Of a DNA stretch of 64,000 nt, positions 19,812-29,440 are shown one piece after another. The position numbers and the translations under genes are program-made. The DNA comes from an uncultured Holophaga sp. (GTDB lineage Bacteria > Acidobacteriota > Holophagae > Holophagales > Holophagaceae). Location: NCBI GenBank assembly GCA_963664825.1, contig OY761614.1, positions 2,976,001-3,040,000 of the forward strand, written 5' to 3'. The notes under the pieces are model-generated. The model made no database searches. It was not told the DNA's origin and worked only from the letters and a program-made list of their open reading frames with translations. Each line of letters opens with the position of its first letter. The stretch's first letter is position 1.

Positions 19812-20624
19812 TCTCTCGCTGGTTGTCCTGGATCTGCCGGGGGTCCCCCTGGGAAAGAGGATCGCCCTGACCCTGCAGCAGGCCATCACCGAAGGCCGAC
19901 TGTCTCTCGGGGAGGCGCTTCCTGGCTCCAGGGTGCTGGCAGAAGTCCTCGGCGTCAACCGGCGCACCATCGTCCGTGCGCTCCAGGAGTTGGAGGCCCA
20001 GGGCTGGCTCGTGGCCAAACCCAATTCGGGCACCTTCGTGGCGGAGGAGCTGCCCTCCGGGCAGGCCTTCCCGAGGGCCACCCCTCAGATCCCGGGGCCC
20101 CGGATCGGTTTTGACGTCCCCAGCCTCCTGAAGTCCATCTCGACCACGGAGGCTGGGGCGCTCCTGCTGGGGGACGGGGTCCCGGATCCCCGTCTGGCCC
20201 CGGCCGAACAGCTGGCGAAGGCCTACCAGCGGGCCTTGCGTCTCAACGGTCCCCGCCTGCTGGAGGACCGGGACCCCCTGGGCACCCCTCTGCTGCGGGA
20301 GTCCCTGGCCGCCTGGATCTTCGAGCGCCACGGGCTCCGGGTCGAAGCGGATCGGATCCTGGTCACCCGGGGGAGTCGGGGCGCCTTGGCCCTGCTTGCC
20401 GGTACGCTGTTCCGGCCCGGCAGCCTCGTCGCCGTGGAGAGCCCGGGGAACCGGAGCGCCTGGGAGTTGCTTCAACAGGTGGCCAATCTGGAGCTCAGAC
20501 CCGTGCCGGTGGATGAGGAGGGCCTGATCCCTGAAGCCTTCGAGGAGCTGCTCAAGCGAGAACGCATCCATCTCCTGCTCCTCACGCCCAGGCACCAGTT
20601 CCCGACCTCCGCGACCCTCTCAAC

Positions 20625-22253
20625 GTATCGATTCACCCCCCTTGTCCCTGTGACCACGTAAGCCGGTGGCAGGCAGCCATGATGGGCTGGTGATGTCCCG
20701 CTTGCCCTGGCAGCCTCAGGCTGGTTCCAGTGCCGGTAGGGGCTGGTTGGATCGGGCGGAGTGGAGGGCCCTGAGCAGCCAGTCGAAGTAGGGGACGCCG
20801 CGGATGCGGGCGGTGGTGCCCAGGCTCAGGAGGCGTTCGAAGAATCGCTTTCCGTCCGCGCTGGGCAGTCGCTGGAAGATCCGCTTGAGGATCACGAGGG
20901 GGCGCAGGGCCCGCTCGGCCGCATTGTTCGTCGGCTCCACGCCCTCGACCTTCAGGAACACCCAGAGCTTGTCCCATTTCCGGAGGAGGTCCTTCCCGAG
21001 GTTTCGGGCGGCCTTGTGATCCATCGCGCTGGCCTGGATCAGACCGCGTTTGAGCCGCGCCAGATTGATGGCGGTGCAGGCCCGGAGCTCTTTCCGGCTG
21101 ATGTCGCCCGCCCGGAAGGTGTGCCACAGCGCAAAGATCTCCTCCTGCTCGGCGAGCAGTCGCTTTCCCAGTGCGGCCACCTCGGGCTTCTGGGATTCGC
21201 TCAGGGCGACGAACTCGCGGCGCAAATGGGCCCAGCAGAACTGGCGAACGGCAGATTTTAAGGCGTTGTAGGCGCCGTAGCGGTCCGTGCCAATCACGCC
21301 TTGGAAGTCCTCGGGAAGTATCGCCTTTAGGGCCCTCGCCCCACGGGTGTCACTGAAGTGGAAGAGGGCCGTACGGGCGGAAAGGGCCACCCAGATCCAG
21401 TCCCGGTCCTTCCGGCCGAAGCCGGTCTCGTCGAGGTTGAGCACATCCGCCGTACGGATCTGCTGGGAGAGGTCCTCCCAGGCGGGGAGTAGGTGGCTCC
21501 CCAGCGCCACACCGCTCTCGTGCAGCCAACCGCGTGAGACCGCTACGCCCGTCACCTCCGAGAGGAAACGCTGGAGCGGCGTCAGGCTCATGCGGCCCTC
21601 TGTGCGCAGATAGGCCGCCGCAGCCTGAAGGCGCGGGCCGATCCCGCCCGGCGCAGCCTCTGGGGGAAGCGGCGCCTGCACCTTCCTCTGGCAGTGCGGG
21701 CAGATCCCCTCCTCCAGCGCGTAGGCGATGACTTCTGTGAGGCGCTGAGCCAGATCCACCACCCGGTGCAGGCGCGTCCCGGTGATGGCCCCTGAAGGAA
21801 CCTCGCCTCGGCAGTGGGGGCAACAGGCGAGGGGCACCGAAACCGTACGGTCCTCGCTGCCTTCCGGCAGCATCACCCGAGCGGATCCCTTCCGTCCCGG
21901 TTGGCCGCCGCGCTTGCGCCCCGTGGGCGGCGCCGGTGGCTTGGGTGGCGCCGCGGGTCCGTCCGAACTGGGGGGCTTGCTGCTGTTGCGACTGTCCTTC
22001 CCGAGGCGATCCTGGAGCGACTCCAGCAATTTTTCCAGGCGTTCCATCGCCTCCCGCAGGCAGACCATTTCCGCACGCAGTTCCCCGTTCTCGGCAGCCA
22101 GGGCCAGATAACGCGGATCAGTCAGAACAGGATCAAGCTCCATCCTTCAGAATCTGACTGGTTTGAGACCAAAGTACAAGCGAATTATTCACTTGCGGTG
22201 ATTTTATCCTCAATCACGAGTTGAGCCTGCATGGGGGGGGGGTGAATCGATAC
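20625..22253 (-). mobile_element. IS66-family element (single-ORF, ISBst12-like), 1629 bp
   Basis: 17-bp terminal IRs GTATCGATTCACCCCCC / GGGGGGTGAATCGATAC; 8-bp TSD CTCTCAAC at 20617-20624 and 22254-22261. Confidence 0.95.
20716..22143 (-). CDS. IS66-family DDE transposase
   Basis: Leucine zipper, NSSKPPSSD, GGQPG, CPHC zinc finger, DETG, TDRYGAY, QFCWAHLRR, TNNAAERALR. Confidence 0.95.
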   Translation of the reverse strand: MELDPVLTDPRYLALAAENGELRAEMVCLREAMERLEKLLESLQDRLGKDSRNSSKPPSSDGPAAPPKPPAPPTGRKRGGQPGRKGSARVMLPEGSEDRTVSVPLACCPHCRGEVPSGAITGTRLHRVVDLAQRLTEVIAYALEEGICPHCQRKVQAPLPPEAAPGGIGPRLQAAAAYLRTEGRMSLTPLQRFLSEVTGVAVSRGWLHESGVALGSHLLPAWEDLSQQIRTADVLNLDETGFGRKDRDWIWVALSARTALFHFSDTRGARALKAILPEDFQGVIGTDRYGAYNALKSAVRQFCWAHLRREFVALSESQKPEVAALGKRLLAEQEEIFALWHTFRAGDISRKELRACTAINLARLKRGLIQASAMDHKAARNLGKDLLRKWDKLWVFLKVEGVEPTNNAAERALRPLVILKRIFQRLPSADGKRFFERLLSLGTTARIRGVPYFDWLLRALHSARSNQPLPALEPA

Positions 22254-23351
22254 CTCTCAACTGCGCGGAAGGCCTCGATCCTGAAGTTGGCTGCCGCCAA
22301 CCGTGTGGCCGTGATTGAGGATGACTACGACGGGGAATATCACTACGGGGCATCAAAACCGGAGCCGCTTCTGTCCATAGATGCAACAGGCCAGGTGATC
22401 CACATTGGCTCCCTTTCGCGCCTTATCGCCCCAGGATTGAAGTTGGGCTACATTGTCCTTCCCCCAGCGGTGGTCCCCATCTTGGCTCGGGTGCGGCGGA
22501 ACCGCGAAGAACAGGGCGATCCCGTGCTCGAATGGGCCCTGGCGGATCTAATCCGGGACGGAGACCTGGGGAGGCATTTGCGAAGGAGCAGAAAAGCGTA
22601 CATGGCACGGCGGGATCACCTCGTGGCTGGGCTGCGGGACCGGCTGGGAGCCCATCTGGATGTGCCCATGCCAGAGGGGGGCATGGGGCTCTGGATCCGA
22701 GTCCGGACAACCATCGATCCGGAGCGGCTGGTGCGCGCGGCCCGCGCCGCCGGCCTCGTGCTGAACCCTCCTTCTTACTATTACCTGGGGAAGCCTGAGC
22801 CGTGCTTCCGGATGGGTTTTGCCCAGGCCGAGGAGGCGGAACTGGACGAGGCGATACGCCGCCTGGAGGCGGCCTGCGCCGCGACGCTCCAGGGGCGAGG
22901 CTGATACCAGGGTGCGTTCGAAGATAGCTTCTCTCGAAGCAGAGCGTGTCAAGCGCAGCAGCGCAGACCGGCCAGCCCCCGAAGGGGGTGCTTGAGGACC
23001 GAGGTTGCGATGTGGAGCGGCTTCGAACACCCGACTACATCCTAGATTATTGAATGCGAATCTGTATGAGGCGCTCCGCCCTCGCTCCTGCCGGACCGGA
23101 ATTCCGGTAAGCCCAAGCCTTGGCTCCACCCGTGCCTGCGCATCCGCTGCCTGGGCGGGCGAGCGGCTGGGGTACCAAGGAAAAGTGGAACCGGAGCACC
23201 CGTAGGGATGGGCCTGGCCTGATGCTACCCAGACAGCGGGCCGTCACGGAAACCATGGGCTTCACCCAGGCCCCCCCATGAACGCCTCGCCCACCCCGCG
23301 AACTGCCCCCCATCCTGCCAGTCCTTGGCAACCTCCCAAAGGAAGATCCCC

Positions 23352-24497
23352 ATGCGCTCCAAGAACCTGAACCGCCTCATTCCGATCCTCGGGATTGTCT
23401 GCTACGCCGCGAGCGCCTTCGCTCAGACGGAGTCCAAGCCCCTCACCATCGGAGACCCGGCCCCTGAGCTCATCGTAAAATGGGTCAAGGGCAAACCGTT
23501 CAAGATGAATGAGGACAAACTCTATGTGATCGAATTCTGGGCCACATGGTGCGGACCTTGCAAAGCCGCGATGCCACACCTCTCCGAACTGGCCAAGAAA
23601 TACACAGGCAAGGTGGAGTTCCTCGGCGTCAACATCTTCGAGAGCGGCTACCTCGACAAATCCTATGAGGAGTTCCTTCCAAAGATCGAAAAATTCGTCA
23701 AAGAGATGGGCGACAAAATGGCCTACAACGTGGCCATGGATACCAACAAGCTGTACATGACCAATCGTTGGATGAAAGCAGCTGGCCAAGGAGGCATCCC
23801 CACCGGCTTCCTGGTCAAAGACGGGAAAGTCATCTGGATTGGCCATCCCGGTGACCTAGACAAGACCATCGAGGCGACATTGAACGGCACATACGACGTG
23901 GCCGACTTTGGCAAGAAGTTCAAGGAATCCAACGAAAGCGCCCGAAAGATGGAACCTCAGGTAAAGATCTACACCGAGCTTTCCAAGAAAGTTGAGAGTG
24001 CCATTGAGGTCAAGAATTACTCAAAAGCCCTAGCCATGATCCAGGAGGTGGATGGCACGCTCGACCTCCGCTTCAAGCCTGCATTCCAATATCTCAAACT
24101 TAAAGCTCTTGTTCGCAGCGACCAAAATCAATTCATCGCCCTGGCTAGCGAGATGAAGAAGGCTGATAAAAATATGACATCCATTGTTGCGGATGTCATT
24201 TTAAAGGTAAAAGAGGGTGGACTTCCCGAGAAACTCTACTCATTCGCCATTCAGTGCTATAACGAAACCCTCAATGAAAATTTGTCTCCTTCGGTTCCAA
24301 CAGCCTACTTCCACAACTGGATCGCTTATTGCTACGACCGGAGTCACCGTCCAGCAGAAGCCATAGCCTCACAGACGAAAGCTATCGAACTCGCCACCGA
24401 TGCCCTTGCTACAGGAAAATACGCGGGCCGTATCGATAATGAACTTATCGAAAATTACAAGAAGCGCCTGGAAGAGTTTAAGAAGGGTTCGAAGTAG
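23352..24497 (+). CDS. Exported TlpA/ResA-family thiol-disulfide reductase with TPR-like C-terminal extension
   Basis: Signal peptide (ASAFA), IGDPAP, EFWATWCGPC, cis-Pro loop GIPT. Confidence 0.9.
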   Translation: MRSKNLNRLIPILGIVCYAASAFAQTESKPLTIGDPAPELIVKWVKGKPFKMNEDKLYVIEFWATWCGPCKAAMPHLSELAKKYTGKVEFLGVNIFESGYLDKSYEEFLPKIEKFVKEMGDKMAYNVAMDTNKLYMTNRWMKAAGQGGIPTGFLVKDGKVIWIGHPGDLDKTIEATLNGTYDVADFGKKFKESNESARKMEPQVKIYTELSKKVESAIEVKNYSKALAMIQEVDGTLDLRFKPAFQYLKLKALVRSDQNQFIALASEMKKADKNMTSIVADVILKVKEGGLPEKLYSFAIQCYNETLNENLSPSVPTAYFHNWIAYCYDRSHRPAEAIASQTKAIELATDALATGKYAGRIDNELIENYKKRLEEFKKGSK

Positions 24498-24542
24498 TTG
24501 GCTCTGAAAATCCTCTTCCGGATTTCAGCCAGCCTCCCCAAA

Positions 24543-24577
24543 GAAATCAGAAGGTCCTCCGTGGACCTTCTGGTTTC
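24543..24577 (+). terminator. Terminator-like hairpin after tlpA
   Basis: GAAATCAGAAGGTCC-tccgt-GGACCTTCTGGTTTC. Confidence 0.65.
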
Positions 24578-24689
24578 CTTGTGAGCAGGCGCAGATTACC
24601 CAAATCCAGGACAGTCCCTTCGGCAGGCTGCGGCCCACGCGTTCAATCCTCTTCCACCAATCGCAATCTGCATTTGTAAGGAGGTTTAT

Positions 24690-26438
24690 ATGTTTTCAAA
24701 GAGGTGCATCGCATTCTTGGCGGCGTGCCTGCTGGGTACGGTCGCCTTCGCCTTCGATCCCGAGAAGGATGTGCGGATCGGTTTCCAGAAGGGGGCCGTG
24801 ACCCTGAGCGTGCCCAGTGGAGCCCACCTGAAGAAGTCCTTCACGGAGGTGACGCTCAGCTCCAAGCCTGGGAAGCTCAAGGTGGGAGCCCTCCCCGCCG
24901 CGAACGCCAAGGATGAGCTCGGCGAGGAGGTCTACCACGGCACCCTGCGCATCCCCGTGACGGGTGAAGGGCTCTCCGGGGAGGTGACACTGGATGTCCA
25001 GTACCAGCCCTGCACGGAAGGGGAGGGGGGGAACTGCTTTCCGCCCACCACCCGCAGCCTGAAGGTGAAGGCCTCCGAGATTCCTGCCGCCAAGCTGGAG
25101 ACGAAGGTGGCACCGGCCCCCGGCGCGACACCCGAAGCTCAGGGTGAGGCCAAGGCCCCGGTGCCCGTTCCAGAAACGCCCGTCCAGGCTCCCGCGGCCG
25201 CGGCTTTGAAGGTCCCCGCCCCCGAGGCTCCCCACCAGGGCCTCCTCCTGGCCCTGCTCCTGGTCTTCCTGGCGGGCATGGGCGCCAGCCTCACACCCTG
25301 CGTCTATCCCATGATCCCCATCACCATGGCCATCATCGGGGCGAAAGGGGGCGGCAAGGCCAAGGGCTTCGCGCTCTCGCTCATGCTCGTGCTGGGTATG
25401 GCCGTCACCTACACGACACTGGGTGTTGTGGCCGCCAAGAGTGGCGCGGCCTTCGGCGCCTTCGCCCAGAGGCCCGCCTTCCTGATTCCCGTGTCGCTGA
25501 TCTTCGCCGTCTTCGCCCTGAGTCTCTTCGGCGCCTTCGAGATCAATCTTCCCCAGGGCCTCCAGAACAGGCTCCAGGGCGGGGGCGCCCGCAAGGGCTA
25601 TGTGGGCGCCTTCCTCATGGGCCTGGTGCTCGGTCCCCTGGCCGCCCCCTGCGTGGGCCCCATCATCGGCGCGGTGCTGGTGGGCATTGCCCAGCAGGGC
25701 AATGTCGTACTCGGCGCCCTCAAGCTCTTCACCTTCACCTTGGGCATGGGTGTGCTCTTCATGTTGGTGGGCACCTTCAGTGCGGGGCTTCCCAAGAGTG
25801 GCGACTGGCTCACGCGCTTCAAGCACATCATGGGCCTGGTGGTGCTGGCCTTCGCGGCCTGGAATATCCGACTGATCGCGCCCCAGTGGATGAATGACGC
25901 CATGTGGATGCTGACGCTCCTGGTGGGCGCGGCGGTCTTCGGCGTCTTCGAGGCCTCTGAAGGCCTAGTGGCGCAGCTGCGCAGGGCCTTCGCCCTTCTG
26001 CTTCTGGTCCTGGGCCTGCTGCTGGGCATCCTGGCCGTGGAGCATTCCCTGAACCTCCAGCTCCTGCCCCGGGGCGGCGCGACAGCGGCTGTCGAAGCGG
26101 GTCCCAAGGCCTGGATGGAGCAGGATCTGGAAGGGGCTCTGAAAAAGGCCAAGGCCGAGCACAAGCTCGTACTGGTCGATATCTACGCCGAGTGGTGCGC
26201 CCAGTGCAAGGAGCTGGACGAGAAGACCTGGCCGGACGCGGAGGTGAAGGCCTGGATCGCCAAGAACGCCATCGCCATCCGCATCGATACCGATAAGCAG
26301 CGCCCGGACCTAGCCAAGAAGTTGGAGATCCGCAGCTACCCCAGCGTGATCCTGCTGGACGGGGAGGGCAGGGAAGTGGGCCGCAGCCTGGGATTCCAGA
26401 AGCCCCAGAACATGCTGGCCTTCCTCTCCGCCCGCTGA
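24690..26438 (+). CDS. dsbD: Thiol:disulfide interchange protein DsbD (alpha-beta-gamma domains)
   Basis: QPC...NCFPP, LTPCVYPMIP, APCVGP, multiple TM segments, C-terminal WCAQC thioredoxin domain. Confidence 0.9.
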   Translation: MFSKRCIAFLAACLLGTVAFAFDPEKDVRIGFQKGAVTLSVPSGAHLKKSFTEVTLSSKPGKLKVGALPAANAKDELGEEVYHGTLRIPVTGEGLSGEVTLDVQYQPCTEGEGGNCFPPTTRSLKVKASEIPAAKLETKVAPAPGATPEAQGEAKAPVPVPETPVQAPAAAALKVPAPEAPHQGLLLALLLVFLAGMGASLTPCVYPMIPITMAIIGAKGGGKAKGFALSLMLVLGMAVTYTTLGVVAAKSGAAFGAFAQRPAFLIPVSLIFAVFALSLFGAFEINLPQGLQNRLQGGGARKGYVGAFLMGLVLGPLAAPCVGPIIGAVLVGIAQQGNVVLGALKLFTFTLGMGVLFMLVGTFSAGLPKSGDWLTRFKHIMGLVVLAFAAWNIRLIAPQWMNDAMWMLTLLVGAAVFGVFEASEGLVAQLRRAFALLLLVLGLLLGILAVEHSLNLQLLPRGGATAAVEAGPKAWMEQDLEGALKKAKAEHKLVLVDIYAEWCAQCKELDEKTWPDAEVKAWIAKNAIAIRIDTDKQRPDLAKKLEIRSYPSVILLDGEGREVGRSLGFQKPQNMLAFLSAR

Positions 26439-26483
26439 AACGGCCGATTTTCTCGCAACGTCTTCTCCACTTCCGGAATCCCC

Positions 26484-27449
26484 ATGCCACCTACCCATCA
26501 CCGCCTCCTCATCATCGGCACCGGCCCGGCCGGATACACCGCCGCCATCTACGCCAGTCGCGCGGGCCTTGCTCCCGTGATCTTCGAGGGCATCCAGCCT
26601 GGCGGCCAGCTCACCATCACCACCGAGATCGAGAATTTCCCCGGCTTCCGCCAGGGCATCCCCGGCCCCGAACTCATGACGGAGATGCGCGAGCAGGCCC
26701 TGCGCTTCGGCGCCGATATCAAGGCCGAGACCGTGACCTCCGTAAATCTTAGCGCCCGGCCCTTCCGCGTTGGAACGGACCAGGGCGAATACACGGCCGA
26801 CGCCGTGATCATCGCCACGGGGGCTTCGGCCAAGTGGCTGGGGATCGGCAAGGACCAGGAGCTCAGCCGCAGCGGAGGCGGGGTTTCGGCCTGCGCCACC
26901 TGTGATGGGTTCTTCTTCAGAGGCAAGGAGATCGCCGTGGTGGGCGGGGGCGACACGGCTCTCGAAGAGGCCACCTACCTCACGCGCTTCGCCAGCAAGG
27001 TGAACCTCATCCACCGCCGGGACGCCTTCCGCGCCTCCAAGGCCATGCAGGAGCGCACGCTGGCCAATCCCAAGGTGGCCATGCACTGGAACAAGGTGGT
27101 GGCCGAGATCCTTACCCACCGGGTGACGACGCCCATGGGCGATGAGGTGGAGAAGATCCGGGCCCTGGTGCTGGAGGACACCGTGGACGGCAGCCGTGCG
27201 GAACTGCCCCTGGACGGGCTTTTCGTGGCCATCGGCCATCAGCCCAACACGGAGCTCGTCAAGGGCCAGTTGCCCCTGGATGCCGCGGGCTACCTGATGG
27301 TGGAGAAGGGCTCCACGCATACGGCCATTCCCGGCGTTTTCGCCGCGGGCGACGTGGCGGACCACACCTACCGCCAGGCCATCACCGCCGCCGCCAGCGG
27401 CTGCATGGCCGCCGTCGATGCCGAACGCTGGCTGGCTGAACAGCTTTAA
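26484..27449 (+). CDS. trxB: Thioredoxin-disulfide reductase
   Basis: GTGPAGYTAAIY, GGQL, CATCDG, GGGDTALEEA, GDV, YRQAITAA. Confidence 0.97.
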   Translation: MPPTHHRLLIIGTGPAGYTAAIYASRAGLAPVIFEGIQPGGQLTITTEIENFPGFRQGIPGPELMTEMREQALRFGADIKAETVTSVNLSARPFRVGTDQGEYTADAVIIATGASAKWLGIGKDQELSRSGGGVSACATCDGFFFRGKEIAVVGGGDTALEEATYLTRFASKVNLIHRRDAFRASKAMQERTLANPKVAMHWNKVVAEILTHRVTTPMGDEVEKIRALVLEDTVDGSRAELPLDGLFVAIGHQPNTELVKGQLPLDAAGYLMVEKGSTHTAIPGVFAAGDVADHTYRQAITAAASGCMAAVDAERWLAEQL

Positions 27450-27463
27450 CCGGAGGACATCCC

Positions 27464-27781
27464 ATGTCCAAACTCAAAGTTCTCACCAGCGATGAATTCC
27501 CCCTCGCCATCGCCACGGGATCAGTCCTGGTGGATTTCGGCGCCCCTTGGTGTAGCCCCTGCAAGGCCATGGAACCGATTCTCGCCCAGCTCCGCGATGA
27601 ACTGGAAGGCAAGCTCTTTGTCGCCAAGGTGGATGTGGATGCCACGCCCGAACTGGCCGCCCAGCTGGGCGTCATGTCCGTGCCCGCCCTCATGCTCTTC
27701 AAGGACGGTCAGAAGCTCGCCAGTCGCACGGGCGCGCAATCCGCCAAACAGCTCCTGGAATTCGTTCAACCCGCCCTGTAA
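27464..27781 (+). CDS. trxA: Thioredoxin
   Basis: 105 aa, WCSPC active site, KVDVD, VMSVP; RBS GGAGG. Confidence 0.92.
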   Translation: MSKLKVLTSDEFPLAIATGSVLVDFGAPWCSPCKAMEPILAQLRDELEGKLFVAKVDVDATPELAAQLGVMSVPALMLFKDGQKLASRTGAQSAKQLLEFVQPAL

Positions 27782-27974
27782 ATCCCTTCATTCATTGGCA
27801 CGGCCTTTCGGAAGGCTCCACTTGAAGGTCGTCGCTTGCGACGCGGAAGGACGTGGCCATGAAAGCTACCACTGCCGACCTACTTCCTGGGAAAATGTGA
27901 AGAACCCAAAAATAGGGGCCCCAAGTGGGTCCCGATGATGTGTGTGGCCCACAACATGCTTGGTCGGCGCTTGG

Positions 27975-28400
27975 CTAAAAGGTTGCCGCCTGGACGCGGA
28001 CATCAGGAGCCGAGAGGACGCTTTGGACCACGCCAAGAGCTGCGGCAGCATCTCCCTCAGCAAACCAGCCGCGGCTGCGTGCGTGGATGCAGAGAACGAA
28101 CCCCTCACGACAGAAGTAATCATCCCAGCCTTTGCCATTGCTTCGACGTACCCATACGAGCCAATCGGTGCTTGCGTTCCGCTCGATTGTGAGATACGTC
28201 GCACCCGTGCGTTGCACTGGCGTGGCCTGCAGTGCCTTCTGAAGGTCCTGGACCGCGTTGAGTGTGCCAGTGCAGTTAGTTCCATGACACAGCAGCCGGA
28301 AATCTGTGACCTCCATGATCTCCCCGATGATCCTCAGGAACCCCAGGACGTGAAAGTTCATAGGGAGCTTGGCGAGGGGCATCAACGGCGCGCTACTCAT
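27975..28400 (-). CDS. Hypothetical protein following the excisionase relic
   Basis: ATG 28400 overlaps the end of the upstream HTH ORF; no family recognised. Confidence 0.4.
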   Translation of the reverse strand: MSSAPLMPLAKLPMNFHVLGFLRIIGEIMEVTDFRLLCHGTNCTGTLNAVQDLQKALQATPVQRTGATYLTIERNASTDWLVWVRRSNGKGWDDYFCREGFVLCIHARSRGWFAEGDAAAALGVVQSVLSAPDVRVQAATF

Positions 28401-28600
28401 CACCCGCCTCCCTGCCTGCCGCGGTGCTGTTCGTGATGCAATCAAGCACCCAAGCCTCCAGGTCCTCCCGGCGGTAGATGATGTGGGTACTCAGGGCCGT
28501 GAAGACGGGGCCACTTCCGAGGCGACGCAGGTTGGGTACCCGGATCCCCCGCGCCAAGCTTTTTGAGACAGGAGACACTTCAGAGTCTTCTGTGGGGGCG
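28393..28600 (-). pseudogene. Degenerate excisionase-like helix-turn-helix protein (HTH_17/AlpA type)
   Basis: RRLGSGPVF...IIYRREDLEAWV matches the R..G.GP.F....V.Y...DL.AW pattern; the N-terminal LLSQK part lies in another frame. Confidence 0.6.
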
Positions 28601-28780
28601 GGGAAGGAAATGGGATGAGCAAGGTCTTGAAGTTGGGGAACGGGGAGGTGGAGTTGAGCCGCCCCAAGCGGCGGAGGTTCCCGGCTCTACCGGAGGATGT
28701 CTTCATCCTCGATCGGCCACACGAAACTGCCAAGAACTCGAAAAAATTTGTGTAAACTTCCCTGATACAATGCAAGTTAT

Positions 28781-29440
28781 ATGGATCATCCTGTTTCTGA
28801 CACACGCACCGTTCTGTTGCATGCGGCTGCGGCCTGCTTCGCAGAGCATGGGTTCAACGGCGCGAGCATGCGCATGATCGCCAATCGTGCAGAGCGCCCC
28901 CTCTCGCTGCTCTTTCATCATTTCGGGAACAAGGATGGCCTCTACTTGGCCGTCTTTGAATACCTCTTCGAGACTTCGCTACTGAACAACATGCAGAGTC
29001 CCGTGCCCGAGGGAGGGCATATGCCGAGGGACAAGGCCGAGGCGAGGCGCATGCTGCGGGAGCAGATCCATTTCCTCTATGGCGATGTCATGCGCAATGC
29101 CGACGAGCTCGATCCCGTTCAGGAATTTGGTGCGAGGCTCCTGCTCCAGGAAATGCGTGTTCCTCGTCCCGGCTTGATTCCCATGGTGTCGCTTCACACG
29201 GCCCCCATCACACGGACTCTTCAGAACTGCATACGCCTCCTGAGGCCCGATCTCGGGAATCCTGAGGTGGCCTTCCTGGGGTCCACGATCATGGGCGCGA
29301 TCGTCAGCCACGGTTTCATGTACGGCATGAACAAATTCCTCTGGGAGGACGCCCAGGCGATCGGAAGCCAGTTCCAGGCCTCCGAGTGGCTCGTGGAGTT
29401 CTGCTGCAACGGCCTCTTGGGCTGCGCAAAGCCCGATTGA
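28781..29440 (+). CDS. TetR/AcrR regulator, CecR(YbiH)-like
   Basis: TRTVLLHAAAACFAEHGFNGASMRMIA...HHFGNKDGLY. Confidence 0.9.
   Translation: MDHPVSDTRTVLLHAAAACFAEHGFNGASMRMIANRAERPLSLLFHHFGNKDGLYLAVFEYLFETSLLNNMQSPVPEGGHMPRDKAEARRMLREQIHFLYGDVMRNADELDPVQEFGARLLLQEMRVPRPGLIPMVSLHTAPITRTLQNCIRLLRPDLGNPEVAFLGSTIMGAIVSHGFMYGMNKFLWEDAQAIGSQFQASEWLVEFCCNGLLGCAKPD

Larger units (their letters stand above)
19798..22904 (+). pseudogene. GntR/MocR-family regulator (wHTH + aminotransferase-like domain) interrupted by IS66
   Basis: LPGSRVLAEVLGVNRRTI (GntR HTH) and TP.HQFPT before the IS; IEDDYD and APGL.LGY after it. Removing the IS and one TSD restores ...FPTSATLSTARKASIL... in frame. Start 19786 or 19798. 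Confidence 0.92.

Noticed and set aside
27796..27815. Sigma54-like TGGCACG after trxA
   Set aside because: The -12 GC is missing at the required spacing and no convincing gene follows; more likely part of a small hairpin.
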